DNA of 63,737 bases, filler included, from Perkinsus chesapeaki ATCC PRA-425 (GCA_013115145.1; 10 parts of 10 records of this genome joined end to end with filler, not necessarily neighbours in it), one strand, 5' to 3'; shown: positions 24,358 to 37,857, counted from the first letter of the whole stretch. Made by a program: numbers and translations. Notes: a model not told the origin generated them from the letters alone.

Positions 24358-27300
24358 ATAACGTTAATCTTCAAATCTGGTTGCACGCATGCGCAAGGTT
24401 GATACTCGTTCCAAAGCAACTACTTTGGCTGCGAATGATTAAATATTTCATCCTTGAGGGATATACAATGGATCTGGAAGCTCGAAACCAGCACTTCTTG
24501 TCTCGATGTGTCGAAAGAAGCGCTTACACTTGTTGTCTCGTCTCTTGTAATCGGAGCGCGCCCGCTGAAGTACAGCTTTGTTTGTTTCGCTGCTATCCAC
24601 TTTGCTGTTGGCTAGAGCAATGCTTTAAATTGTCTAAAGTTACCCATAAGCTATATAATAGATGCGTTGTCATGGGCCAAGACCTGAGTGTCAATATTAT
24701 AGAGACTTGGCGGGCGCGAAATGCAAGTTGATAGCGGACGCTATACTAATCGATTTTAAAACCGAAGATGTCCATCTACTTTGGTCAACCTTACGTGAAT
24801 TGGATTATTCCTTTGTTAAGGACAATCTGAGGTGACTCACATGACTGTCATGTTGCTTGAACAATTGCGTCTCTGAAAAGCCCTTCTTAAAGTAGGATTG
24901 TATTCGATCCTCGATAAGCGCTTAATAGCCCGTGTTTAACCAGAGTATTGGTATAACACCGAAGGTAAAAGCGCGACAATTAAAATAGACATTTCACACT
25001 TTTCAGCTACTAACCCAGGTGTAATGTTGGCTGAAGAACAGGTGTCAGACAGTGACCAATAACCATATCGATTGAGTTATATAGTAACCAACATTCCATT
25101 GCCTTCTCATCAACGGCTGAGTTAATACTAGCTGTCACTTAGGCTATGGGGAGGTCTTCTCTCTGCAGTGTAGAGATCTCCTCCATATCGTCCTCCTTCT
25201 TACCGTCAAAGGTTTACTGAGAAGGTCCCTAGGAATATTTAATTCATTTGTTTTATTCGTGGACTCGGTAGAAGACTGGAGGAAACAATACTTATCGATC
25301 GATTTCGCGAGCTTCTTGAATGGGCTAATAATAGCTCCTCTAGAAAATGCTAATCAAACGGACCGAGTTTAGTAAACACGAATGATGCATAATAAAGATC
25401 TCAAGGGCTTAGCTGAGTAATAATAGTTAGATGAAAAAATACGATACTGTAGCGATATCGCGCGACAGCAAGAACGCCGCGCTGGAGGTATCCGTCAGGT
25501 AATGTAAAATTAAAGATATAAAAATAGGATTATTCATTGTAAAAAAATGTAATAAATTGATACCAACGACTTGACAGATTAAGCCGACTTGATAGAGAAA
25601 TATGTTATATAATAAGAGCATGCTGCAATACTGAGTAAATTTTAAAGAATTACTGTCGACATGCCAACCCGAGAGATCTTCGAAGTTCCGTAATCCTCTG
25701 CGAAGTGCTGTTTGGAAATGAAGTAATTGATGGCAGTTTGGTTTAAGCAATGTCAGGCATAAAATGGGACATCTTACAGACACCTTTTTGGGAGGCAGTC
25801 CGACCACTGCTGAAGATGGATGATGATAGCTACTACTTCGGAAAGCAATTCGTTGATCCTCAGGATTATAAACTGGTAGTAAAAAGTGGGATGATTTTTA
25901 TGGTGATGAGAAGTATCAATGAGAACTACAGGAAAGATCGTGTTTGGCTCCGGTGACATGGAGAATGTGACGGTGCGGTTGTATCAGACAAAAATTGTTA
26001 TGGCAATACTCGATATTATAATAGTGAATCCAAGTATAAATAGAGGTATTATTACTAAACACATTAGCAGAGCCCTCTCCAACGGAAATGCTTCAACTGT
26101 TGCGCGAGAACTATGTGGGAGAATCGGCCATTTCAAACTTCTGTAGTATAAAGGTATAAGTGTATAAAGGACGACTTCCGGCTTGAAACACCAACGCTCT
26201 TCTTGCCTGGTAGATACAAGATACCGGATATCTCAATCCCAGTGGATTCGGTACAAGTCCAGGTCGCTTACTCATACTCTTCGGCATCTTCCCACTTTGT
26301 ATATTCGCTCGTTCAACACTGGTTAAGAGCTCCCGATCCCTCTGGGCGGATGTGGTATTCGTATCAGCACCATTAACTGCAGCGTTGGCAACACCTGCTT
26401 TGTTTGAAGTGGTTCTCGTAGGGTAATAGGGCAGCACAGTGATTTACGTTGAAGGAGGGCATTAGGGGCGGGATTTTGGAACACTTGAATAGATACAAAT
26501 TTCGCTACGGAAGCATATAGTTTTTTGCTGATACGTATTGACTGGTTATATGTCATATATAAGTAATATATATATTTTATTCCGCTTGCTGGAGGGGAGA
26601 ATTTCACAGCTTCGATCGGGTGCGGGGGGATTCTGGTAGCTTGGTCAGTCCTTGAAACTTTTAGACGAACAACAGAATCTCACAATGTATAGGCTCGCAG
26701 TAGACGAATAGTACAAATCGTCTCTCCGAGCGACTTGAAGCTGATTAATAAACTCGGATGTGTTCAGAACTTACAAATTCCACGCCAATTTAACGGTAAA
26801 GTAGCAGTCTACCTGAAACCGGCTTATCAGGCTTATCTGCCTCTGTGGCATTGGTATCTTAACTGGCGACCTGATAAGGCCATCACTGCCCTTTGCTCCT
26901 ATGACTCCTAAACGGCCTACTGTTATCCGCTTCCTGGCCGAATACAGGTGAGCTCCTCCACAATAGGTTCAAGCGTCACTGTCTTCGTCAGAGCGTTGAT
27001 GATGTATTGCACTTGTCTTATTATCTTTGCGGTGGACTATAAGGTTTTCCCATGGGCCTTCTCGAAGACGGATACGTAACACTGAGACTCATCGATATCT
27101 CTATCAATGTCCGCTCAGTTTCGGTTACTCTCTGATGGACCTCGGGGTCGGATGTGTCATATTCTCATCAGCAGTGGTGAGCCGTCATTCATCTGCACCG
27201 TAAGCGGGACATTATACAGGGAATTATCGGTATTTGGAGAACGGAGGCACTTAGGGAGCGGAGCACGGATAACTTCCCGAGGGTTCTCCTCAATCTCTGG

Positions 27301-28424
27301 AAAAAGTCACATTACAAATATTTCTCTGATTCCCTTGCTGGATTATCCCGTAGGAGTCCTTCTCAGGGAGTCCATTAGGAATCAGTTTTCGGGGCACTCG
27401 CACTAGGAACACATCTTCAAGAAGCTTCGCCAACCCTTGGGACTCGCACTCGTGAGTTTAATCGCTTCGAATGCCACGTGGGAACTTAACGTGCTGCTGT
27501 TCTATCGTTGCTCATAGATTCAAGCCGAGGCCGGTTCGCCATGAGTCATTGTTGAAGAGACTTCTCATGCTTCCTCTGCAGCCTCTGATTGCCCTCTATC
27601 ACGCGTGGCCAGTGGTGCTCCTTGGAGTCCTTAGATTCATCTCTACAACTAGTATGGGCTACTACGTTCCAACTAGTGAATATGGAGTAAGACTCGTTCT
27701 TGGTGCCCGTTTTGGATGCCCGTGGCAGGTGCATTGGAACTTCTTCCTCACCATCGCGGCTGTCCAGATCTTCGCGTCTCTCGTGCCACAGCGACTTCCT
27801 ACTACATTGCTCTTGGCTATGGCCTTGCTCATCACCGGACTCCATCAGTGAGTTCAACACAGTTTACTGCTATCTGATTCCTGTCTGACTACATAACCGC
27901 TAACATCGTGATTTGTGTATGATTACTGTAGATGATGTATGCTTTCGTTGGGAAAGTCCGCACGTCGCGAAAGGGGAACTCTGTCTGGTTTTAAGCTTAA
28001 ATAAGCACTTTCTGGAATAGTTTCTTTGGCAACGCCGAGCGGTCTATATCGCGGAGCGGCCGAGTGGCTGAGCCATATGATTCTGATAGGTACCTGCTCA
28101 CATCGCCCCTTAGCAACTTGGAAGAATTCGTCTTCTACGCCGACCGAGTGGACTTCGTGTCTGCTAATAAGGTTAGACTGCTATGCTCTTTGAGACTTTG
28201 TTGTGATCTACTGCGATTTGTTCAGGAGGGCATATTTGGTGTTGCCGGATTCATCGCCATCCATCTTTTCGGGGTTGTAGCCGGGAGACTGATATTTGCT
28301 ATGAACTACTCAAAAAATAAGACTGGCAATATCTTCCTTATGCGTAGGTAGGGGGCTCTACATAGTCGGAATAAACGAGAAGATAAAACAAGATGGTACA
28401 GAAAGCCGATGAAATAAATGTCAG

Positions 28425-28662
28425 TGTAGGGTTGGGTCTGCTTGAGGTGTGCCCGACTGCAGAACTCGAGGCCATATTAGTCTCAGAAGAATAGAAAAAC
28501 TCTGACTCTCACCTATTTCAATGAATCTAGTTACTAGTCCTTCTACGGACTTGACTTATCATAGGGATATACGCAAGAACAATGGCAATGAGCAAGCGGC
28601 GCGACACATCTGCGCACGCGTGCGGAAAATGTGCGGACTAGGGAGCATCCTAAACTCTCACA
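28425..28662 (-). mobile_element. Candidate 3' LTR of the adjacent integrase element
   Basis: On the minus strand, GGGGGGCA (PPT-like) is followed by TGTGAGAG..., and a possible end ...CCCTACA lies at 28425. No second LTR is available to confirm the boundary. Confidence 0.35.
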
Positions 28663-29396
28663 TGCCCCCCGGATGATCCATAGTACGGACGAGTATTCAA
28701 GTAATGACTAGTCTTAGTAGAAGAGGGATCATCGACCTTGGACAATTTCAAGGTCACGCCATCCAAGATATCATTTACAACATAGGGCTGCTGGCCATAT
28801 GACCCCCCTTTTCCAGCGATACCAGGCTCGAACACAAGGACCATAGAACCAACAGCTGGCGGCCCTCTACGTAAGTGGCCGCGTGCAGTGCTGACCTCAT
28901 CATCTCGGATACGCAGAGCAGCGCGCACCAGTTGATCTATTTCATCTCGAGTCTCTTTACGGGCTTTTTCCGAAGCCGGTGTTGCGCCAGCCTCAGTGGC
29001 GGGCCCGTTATTCTCCAAAGCGACTTCATTAGGCAAACGGAGGCTTCGACCGAAGAAGACATCGAAAGGAGACAGCTCGACGTGGTTAAGAACCTTAGCA
29101 TTTAGACGAAAGATCACACGATGTAAAAACTGAGGCCAATTCCTTTTGCTCTTCAAAGAGCGAGAAACGAACTTGATGGATGATATAGCTCGCTCGACCA
29201 TACCATTGGAGAATGGAGCAAAAGGACCAGTCATCTTATGACGAACACCGTATTTCTTGAGCATACCAATGAAGTGAGCACCCCGAAAGCAAGGGCCTGC
29301 GTCGCTGCGAAGGGTCAACATACTCCCAAACGTCATAATGTAGCTTTCCACTGCGCGACTGACAGTGGGAGCTTTCATATCAGGCAAAGGATGCAC
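28650..29396 (-). mobile_element. LTR retrotransposon integrase (rve core plus C-terminal domain), 5'-truncated by the contig end
   Basis: LRSDAGPCF (second Asp), SNGMVERA (Glu) and SPFDVFFGR, then VGSMVLV and a PYVV C-terminal motif. Confidence 0.9.
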
Positions 29397-29398
29397 AA

Positions 29399-29498
29399 NN
29401 NNNNNNNNNNNNNNNNNNNNNNNNNNNNNNNNNNNNNNNNNNTTAATTAATTAANNNNNNNNNNNNNNNNNNNNNNNNNNNNNNNNNNNNNNNNNNNN
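29399..29498. other. Artificial contig linker N44-TTAATTAATTAA-N44. Others at 30700-30799, 33247-33346, 35614-35713, 44845-44944, 47951-48050, 49594-49693, 58687-58786 and 62119-62218
   Basis: The same 100-bp spacer with stops in all six frames occurs nine times. Plain N gaps also occur at about 32068, 37565 and 56594. Confidence 0.99.
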
Positions 29499-30693
29499 AA
29501 TACCTCCATGTGGAATGTCGTCGTAGAGGGTCAAACATTTTTCCACTTAGAGTGAACAGTTGTCGTTTGGTGTAGGAAGGAGCAACTTCAGATGGAACAT
29601 CTACAACGGGGCATTGCACTTCAAAATGGCCATTACTCACCCTCCAAATGACACCAAGATGGCGGACTGGTTCAGTAGAATTCACATTCAACATATGTGT
29701 CTTCTCTCGCGGGAAAGGGAACCCGTGAAGACCACCTAAGTGTCGTAGTATGTCCACAGCCGCGGCAACCTGGGCCGTGGGGCCTACCAAGCAAATATCA
29801 TCCAAGTATCCGAATGCATGGACTTCTCGTGAAACTCCCCTACAATACATCAGGTCGACCAAGCGGGAGACGAAAGCTTCTAGGCCCGCAGGACCTACCG
29901 ATAGACCAAAAACGAGCCGCCTGCTTTCGTATAATACACCATTAAGAGATAACGTCAGAGCCAAGCCTTCTCCTAAATGGATTCTATAAAATGCGCGGCT
30001 TATATCCAAATAAGCAATGGAGATCTCACTTGTAGAATAACCATCCAACAGCAGCTTGTTGAGGGCGAGCTGAATTTCGGTCAAAATAACAGCAGTATCG
30101 CTCCCCATGTATGTTGCAGCAGGAAGGACTTCATTCCAACTGCGTGCATCACACACGGGTCTCAATCTTGTTGTTTTTAACTCAGATTGCTGCAACGGAA
30201 ACACGATCACCAATGAGTTGGAAGTGGAACTCACATCGTTGGGCAAGGGCGGAGGGTATTCCCACCAGTGGTGAGCAAGGTAACCGTTTACTTCATCATC
30301 AAGCAGCTTCTTCTGATCTGCATCTAGCTGTGCAACCATTTTCTTGCCATAGTCAATCGTCTTGATACCAACCCTGGGCTTCGTGGGGGGCCATCTGATT
30401 TCGCAAATATACTCTTGCTCACCAGGCAAGTCAAGAAAGTCGTTTTCGTTAGCACGCCTTACCCGATAATCATATTGAGGTGCTGCTGGTAAAGGTCTCC
30501 ATCCAAACTCAATCTTATCGCAACTGGGTGGTGTAAAGGATCGCACCACTGCAGTGTCGACAGGGCTGGATAGCACATCCTCAGTTTTTTCACCTAGGAG
30601 GGGGGCAGCTTCATCGAGCGGGAGCGCACAGCACAGACCACTCACACGACGAACAGCTATCTCCTTGTTGTCAGCATTCAGGCTGGCAACCAA
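29499..30693 (-). mobile_element. Retrotransposon reverse transcriptase fragment, BEL/Pao-like
   Basis: LRPVCDAR, LDISRAFYRI, RLVFGLSVGP, YLDD and RHLGVIW, followed by TKRQLFTLSGKMFDPL. The frame is open across the whole contig. Confidence 0.88.
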
Positions 30694-30855
30694 ACCAGGN
30701 NNNNNNNNNNNNNNNNNNNNNNNNNNNNNNNNNNNNNNNNNNNTTAATTAATTAANNNNNNNNNNNNNNNNNNNNNNNNNNNNNNNNNNNNNNNNNNNNG
30801 CACTCAACCTAGCTGTTAGTACGCAGGTTGCAAAATGGCAGCTTTTTCGACTATT

Positions 30856-31600
30856 CTAACTTTTGTCCAGCTCATAACGAGCGCCGAAAAGGGCAATAAA
30901 AACTGTGGAGGAGTCTGCGAAGACCACGTTTGTCAGATCAATCTCTTTGAAGGGAAACCCTGGACAGACGAATCTAACGTTCTCCTTCAACTTGTCAACA
31001 TTCTGGCTGGGCACCAAGTCGTAAGACTTATATACCAGGGACCCGTTGTTCTCGGCCAGTTCGAATGGTACCGGGTTCGCTAGTATATCATCGCATGCGA
31101 ATGATACATCAAGGCGGCCGCTTGCATGAACGGTGTAGCTTATGGCAAAGGCCGGGAACGGTAAGACACCTTCAGTGTATGTGAAGGTTCCGACTTGTAA
31201 ATCATAACTTTGTCTTAGCAAATACAATCTCTTCCCACCGAACATAAAGACTGTCGCCAGATGCAAAAGAGAGGGTTGTCAAGTCACCAGGACGGATCGT
31301 CACTCTTGGATAATAGGCGCGTATTAGAGTATACCAGTAATAGACTCCTTCGAACGCGCCAGTGAAGTTGACGCTATAGTTGTGTCCTCCTTTGTAAGCG
31401 AGTGGAAAGCGACCATCAGTGAACTCTTTGGTGCCAGTAGCGAAATAAATCCCAACCAACCTATCCTTGTTGATATCGAATCCAAGACGATATGCTCCAT
31501 TCTCGGCCTCATAGAGATACCTCCCAGGCGGCTGAGCCAATATCGTAAGATTTTGAACCACAAGGGCAGCTATAATCGACCAAGTAGATGAGCATCTCAT
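30856..31600 (-). CDS. Secreted lineage-specific protein with two tandem ~125-aa domains, interrupted by one frameshift
   Basis: Signal peptide MRCSSTWSIIAALVVQNLTILA. The two halves end similarly (GDLTTLSFASGDSLYV..GGKRLYL versus IDLTNVVFADSSTVFI..FGARYEL). The frame switch is at about 31240. Confidence 0.7.
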
Positions 31601-34600
31601 TGATCACAGGGATAATAAAAGTTGCTGTTCAAACGGAACTTGATCTTTCAATCAAAATTTTCAATCTTTTGGTCCCGACATGAGCCTTAAGCAGCGGAAT
31701 ATGTACTGAATTCTCCTACAATATCTCATATTCAGCCGCTTAGGCTAAGCGGTTTAGCTGTGACCGTTTCATGCATACAACTATGGGTGAGCGAGATCCG
31801 CGCTTGCTCGCTGCGCACGCTCATACTGGGCCTTGAAAAGTTATCTGTTGCTATTTGAATGGCTAAGCCCTTGCTAGCAGAATCGCGTTTGAACGTTCAT
31901 CGTATTCGCCGTGGTTCTGCTGTTATGACTTGAAGTACTAAAGAGACAGTGACATATCTTTGCGCATGCGTACATATGCACATGTTGCTCGAACCTTCGG
32001 CAACCTTCACTCTATAAAAGTAGGCTTCAGCGTTTATTGGTAGTCGGCATGGGATACTGTATCCTATNNNNNNNNNNNNNNNNNNNNNNNNNNNNNNNNN
32101 NNNNNNNNNNNNNNNNNNNNNNNNNNNNNNNNNNNNNNNNNNNNNNNNNNNNNNNNNNNNNNNNNNGTCGACTACCTGTAACTATAGTATCCTGGATACT
32201 GTCCCCTACATGCTTAGTTTCTTCGTAACTTCGTTCTTTCCCTCACTTGATGTACAGACAGTGCAGGGATAATTTTTCCAATCTATGCAATTGTATTGCT
32301 TGTTTACTTTTCGGAGCGACATCGTAGACATGTAACATACTTTTTACTGTCTACAGCCCTTTGAAAACCTGCTTGAACAATCTCAGCCTCATCGCCTGCA
32401 TTATTACATGGGATTATGAGGCTTATATTGCTCATACAGCCTGTAAAAAGCGTGGTACGTTCTTGAAGCAGTTTGGACTTTCTGAATGATCTGGCCAAAG
32501 CGCTCAGAAGATCAAAGATGATAACGGTCTAGGTTTAACAATATCTAACGTGGGAGGTCGAGAGATTAAGGAAGGGAGTTGCAGACTGAGGACTCTACTA
32601 CAGGAACGCCAATGACCGGAAGGCAAATAGTATTGGTGTAAGTTATTGATAAGTATCATTGGGAGTATTAGCATTAGGAGGACTCCTCATGGAGGACCAT
32701 TGCCTAGCATTACTCATGACCCATCACTACAGTGCGAATAATGTACAGCCAATTCGGGTTTTGGTCAAGCTCAGTCCTGATGTTATCAGGCTGATGAACC
32801 ATCGCATAACAGCTCACGAGCGCTCTTCCACCGACGAGAACAGGTACAAGGCAGGTACACCCCGCAAGGTCTCCACTCCTCGGAATGCGTGCGTCCGGCC
32901 GCTTCCTCTTCGTCCCGTTGTTGAACGCTTCAGTGGTAATCTATCAAATGCTTATAAAGATTATAACGGTGTGAACCAGTACACTCGAACAGGTGTTGTA
33001 TGTGACAGTTTTCCTCTCACCACTTTGGCTACCACGACTTGCATCCACGGCCCAGGTAAGTTACCTGTGGTAACCGTCTACCCCAACTGTTGATCGAAAT
33101 AGTCATCTGCGCAGGAATGACTGAGTGGTTGTAGGTCTGTCAATCAAGTTTATCTTCTGAAAGTCGCTCATTACTAGTGAAATCGATCACGCGAGTCTCT
33201 GATTCTCCGAACTGAAAACGTCGTAGTAGAAAGACATGACGAAATGNNNNNNNNNNNNNNNNNNNNNNNNNNNNNNNNNNNNNNNNNNNNTTAATTAATT
33301 AANNNNNNNNNNNNNNNNNNNNNNNNNNNNNNNNNNNNNNNNNNNNCAATTAGGACTAGGTTATTCCAACGAAAAATACCGTGAACACCAGCAGGGTTCC
33401 GTTCAGCAAATTGCTTTGAGTCACAGCCTGTGACCCTATTGTGGGTTTGAGGAGGAGATCAAAGACCGACCTTCGCAAGATTATGCGGTATCGAGAAGCC
33501 TTCGGTGTCGAGATGGGCCCTGGAATCGGTGCGTGCAGTCCCGCGCAGCGTGAAGTACTTACAGCAAGAGGGAGCCAGGACAGGTGCAATGGGTCAAAAC
33601 GGCAGCATATCAGGAAAACAACTTCTTGCGTGCTGGTGTTCCACATGGGACCTCGTCCCGTTGGGAGGATGAATTGCCATTATATGCTAATAGAAGTGTT
33701 TGCAGAATACTTCCGGTATGCTTATTCAGTATGAACAAACAAACTCCGAGTTTGAAACTCGTGTTGCGTTCAGCCACAGTTGGGGACCGCTCTACCTTGG
33801 CGACCATGCCTCATTGTCTAGGATACAGTACTCACTTAGTACTTACCCGAGTTCGATGAGCCCTCACTTATTGCCAGGCCGCGCGCTGGCCGGGTCCTGT
33901 CACAGGACCAGGACTCCTGTGACTGAGCCAGAAACGGAGCACACTTTGCATGACGAATCTGGCAACATATGCCAATAAAAGACAACGCCAGTGGCATTGC
34001 GCCACGAACAAAGCTCAAATATCCGAATACTTCACCTCGGACGGAAAGGGTTTGAAGCAAAAACACTGAGCGTGGAAGTCACCTCCACCGTGGAAGTTCC
34101 ACGAGAGTGTGTGTTGTACTGCGCAAGTCACTGTAAATTACACAATTAGCACCCGGCCCTGTGGCTGCTTCACACGAGAGAGCGGGATTGGGCGATGTCA
34201 AGGCATCACTGACCTAAAGGCTCTTGGAAAGTCGCAACGCCCACCTTGTAGAGTTTATCACTGATAGACTATTCAGGCCCAGTTATAGCAATAACTGTGG
34301 GCGTTCAAGACTGTCATCGCAACCGTTGCCAAACGACATACTTGGCGATGGCAATTCAATGGCATGTTATGACATCATTCAATAGAATGGCTTTCCAATA
34401 ATTCCAGACACATCATTTGTGCCCGATATAGGCACTTGGGGCACAAACGGCCCCTAGATTTGCCTTGGGTCACTTGCTGCTTTGACATGGATACCCAAAC
34501 CGAAACCTCCTCCCGCTCAACTTTTGGAGTGTGTTCGGGTTTCGGGTTTGAGTATTCCTCCCGCACTCCCGTGCTCGATGGGATTTTACAATTGCTTTCC

Positions 34601-35713
34601 CACCCAGGGCCAAGTGTGGAGCACGCCTTGGCTGTTATAACACGTTCGTAAAATATTGCTACGCATATATGGCAGCATCCAAAGAGAGTTTTATATTATT
34701 CCTGAGGGTATTTTTCCCAAATTACATAAGTTCTAGGTCTATGTAACACAATTACTGCGTGCATCGGATACCCGCGAAATCTAAAATACGGCCAGTCAGA
34801 AACTTGTTCCTCAATTGGCCTTGGCCATTAACGCAAACCCCTCAGAACGTGTACAACTGTACTTATCTTTTGTAGTTCCAAAGCGTCACTGTAAAAGTTG
34901 AATCATTGCTCGTCAGTCTGTGTGGTGCACTTGCACATGGACTCATGTTATGCACGCGTGCGCATTATCGATCTCGCAAGTCCATATGAGTTGGTCTCAT
35001 CAACTCTGAGTTCTGAGTTGCTCTTCGTTTGTACGCGTTAAGTATGAAGCAGAAAATAACAGCATAATGACAAGAACTGTCAAATTGACAGTGTCAATGC
35101 ACTGTCGTACCGGTCTGGTATCGCCGCGAGGCTCCACACGGTGGCGGCGCCACCGTGGCGCCACCGCGGACCCTCTAAATCGGGACAACAGAGCCAACAC
35201 ATCCTCTTCACACATCCTGACTTCACACACCTCCAAGCTGTCTTTCGTTGCTCAGTATTGTGAAGATTAGGTTTAGCTATCTTCAGGGTGGGTGTAAGCC
35301 GTCGATACCCACGAAAACTTCGCCCAAACGCCGTGTACGTTCTATAGCGTAGACAGCAAAAACGATAGAATTTGGTCACCGTGACATATGCGAGCGCTTA
35401 TGTAACAACGGTTTCTTTTCCTCCTTTAAACGATCAGAGGTTTTCGTAATGATGCCCCAGGGGCATTGCCCCTTAGGGAGCGGAGAGTGGTATGTTGGAG
35501 AATGCTGTCTTTAGTACAGTGTTATCAATCAGAGCCTTTCATGAGAGCGACTGCTACTTTCTTTGTGATGACGATTGTGGAAGTTGCTGGTCATAGTTGG
35601 GTTATCAATCTCANNNNNNNNNNNNNNNNNNNNNNNNNNNNNNNNNNNNNNNNNNNNTTAATTAATTAANNNNNNNNNNNNNNNNNNNNNNNNNNNNNNN
35701 NNNNNNNNNNNNN

Positions 35714-35856
35714 TTCCCTTCCCTTATTAACGTATATTATATTATATCGTTCCCTTCCCTTATTAACGTATATTATATTATCTCTTTCCCTTCCCTTATT
35801 AACGTATATTATATTATCTCTTTCCCTTCCCTTATTAACGTATATTATATTATCTC
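35714..35856. repeat. 36-bp minisatellite, 4 copies, at the contig end
   Basis: Unit TTCCCTTCCCTTATTAACGTATATTATATTATCTCT. Confidence 0.95.
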
Positions 35857-35885
35857 GTATCCTTCTCAATGTAGCTTATTCTATA

Positions 35886-36521
35886 ATGGTGAAATCAGCC
35901 GCTCTCTCTGCCCTCTTCGTCGTGGTGAAATCAGCCACAAATATGGAAGCTTTTTGTCGCACCCAAGAGCTCTTCGAATGTTTCCTAGAAATCGATGATA
36001 TGCCACGTTACGCTACCGCAGTTGGCATCTATCAGAACAATCTCGTGACACAATCGTGTGATGTTAAGCAGGAAGGCCCACTCGAACGGAAGGACCCATT
36101 CACTAAAGCCATTGCGGCAAGTTTAAACCTTGGCTGTCCACTCAAGCATTTGGTACAGCACCCTAAGTCGAACGAATATGCTATGGTTGGCGACAACCAA
36201 CGTGTGATTGAAAAAAACGACGCTGACATGATCTACAGTAAAGTTGAGAAGATTGATTTAGTGGAAATTAGAAATATTGCCAAAGAAGAGAATGAAATTG
36301 TATATAAATCGGCAGAGTCTGACCCAGAAAGGGAAGTTGTTGTGGATAACAGAGGGAACGTCAGAGATTCAGAAGGCCCATGGAAATGGCAAAGGTCCGT
36401 CGCGAAAGGCCGCTACTATCTTGTGCCGGCCTATAAGGACAATAAATCGACCGTGGGATTTTTCATTCCATATTATTTCGTTATCGTGTCGAAGATGGGC
36501 ATTGTCTTCCTGCGCTGGTAA
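35886..36521 (+). CDS. Hypothetical 211-aa protein with a signal-like N-terminus
   Basis: Uninterrupted ORF preceded by TGTAG 11 nt upstream. Hydrophobic start MVKSAALSALFVVVKSA. Confidence 0.6.
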   Translation: MVKSAALSALFVVVKSATNMEAFCRTQELFECFLEIDDMPRYATAVGIYQNNLVTQSCDVKQEGPLERKDPFTKAIAASLNLGCPLKHLVQHPKSNEYAMVGDNQRVIEKNDADMIYSKVEKIDLVEIRNIAKEENEIVYKSAESDPEREVVVDNRGNVRDSEGPWKWQRSVAKGRYYLVPAYKDNKSTVGFFIPYYFVIVSKMGIVFLRW

Positions 36522-37662
36522 GCTCTTCCTTTATAATTATATTATTATTTTGCCTCTTAGGGAGCCCAAGAATGGACAAAGGTAAGCTACCTGGTAAGTT
36601 ACCAGCGTTTGGTCATTGGCAACTGTTGAAGAAGGACTCATTGTGTGAATTGGCATCATTTCGTTAAAAAGGGAAATAAATGCTAACCGCCGTACTAAGT
36701 TTCAAATCCCTCAGTTAATACCTTACTATCAGGAGTGTGTTCCAAAAAGATCAAATCGTTCTACTAATGCGATCGAAAGTTTGCCATGTTCCAACTTGAC
36801 CAAAAGGAAATATCGTTACGCCCTTCGAGTTTCACTCATAATACATCCTCGTTGTCTATGTCGAATATTCCATAATTGATTGATGTGTTTCAGATACCTA
36901 CTTGGACCACCACAGTGGAGGTAGACTAGTATTCGACTCCTTGCTCATTCTATGTTGACATTGTCATTTCAACGCTTGAGAGTCGCTGATGTCTTGGGAT
37001 TATACCGTGAATCTATCTGTGAAATTTACCTTTCTTAGGAAAAAATACTTTTTCCTTTTTAAGGAACTTTCCCAGTTAAAAGCATATCGTCCTCACGTAT
37101 CCTAAGCTATCGTATGGGATAGTCTCCGAGCAGCGCTCGTTGAATTATTCGAAGTATATACCATCTACATAAGCCCGTTTACTTGAATTGGAATGTTTCT
37201 ATTTAAGAAGTCTGGCATGCTAGTTGTTGTGTATTGCCTCTTTGATCAGGCCATCGAACCCGCCAGTGGCTGTAAGGCCGTCTGCTCCGTTTTTAGGGCA
37301 GTGATTCTCCGGAGAAATTGGTCGAATTTGTCGAATGATGTGAATGAACATGTTTATAGTGTGGTTGTTATGTTGTATAATAATGGACTTGAGTTGCACT
37401 GTCAGTCAATATTGTCATTCAAACGAGAAGCTATAAACGGATTTAGTAGATAAAATGCATCTTGTATTCCTTGCTTTAGCGTTCTTCTATACTTTTTCCT
37501 CTCGCACTCACAACTAGATCTTCTCAAGTATCTTTCGAGTCGGTTGAGATATCTTAGGACCCCTNNNNNNNNNNNNNNNNNNNNNNNNNNNNNNNNNNNN
37601 NNNNNNNNNNNNNNNNNNNNNNNNNNNNNNNNNNNNNNNNNNNNNNNNNNNNNNNNNNNNNN

Positions 37663-37857
37663 CTTCTAATATTCATGGCAGGGCTTTCGTGTGAATATCA
37701 ACTTCTAATATTCATGGCAGGGCTTTCGTGTGAATATCAACTTCTAATATTCATGGCAGGGCTTTCGTGTGAATATCAACTTCTAATATTCATGGCAGGG
37801 CTTTCGTGTGAATATGAACTTCTAATATTAATTTGCAGGGCTTTCGTGTGAATATGA
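37663..37857. repeat. 39-bp minisatellite, 5 copies, overlapping the DAW1 start codon
   Basis: Unit CTTCTAATATTCATGGCAGGGCTTTCGTGTGAATATCAA. The last copy is 40 bp and ends in AATATGA. Confidence 0.95.

Noticed and set aside
25427-26607. AT-rich cluster of short ORFs considered as a virus or Polinton remnant
   Set aside because: No capsid, ATPase or polymerase motif. GT-AG borders suggest ordinary spliced exons.
29399-29498. Repeated TTAATTAATTAA palindrome
   Set aside because: It is an assembly linker flanked by fixed N runs, not biological. ORFs ending in LIN or N at these sites are artefacts.
28650-30693. Integrase and RT as one contiguous retrotransposon
   Set aside because: They are separated by an artificial linker and have different family signatures, so linkage cannot be inferred.
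35137-35168. GC-rich perfect palindrome CACGGTGGCG-G-CGCCACCGTG
   Set aside because: Single 10-bp stem with a 1-nt loop, no second copy, and explainable by local micro-duplication.
37663-37857. Tandem arrays considered as CRISPR
   Set aside because: Units are head-to-tail without unique spacers, there are no cas genes, and the context is eukaryotic.
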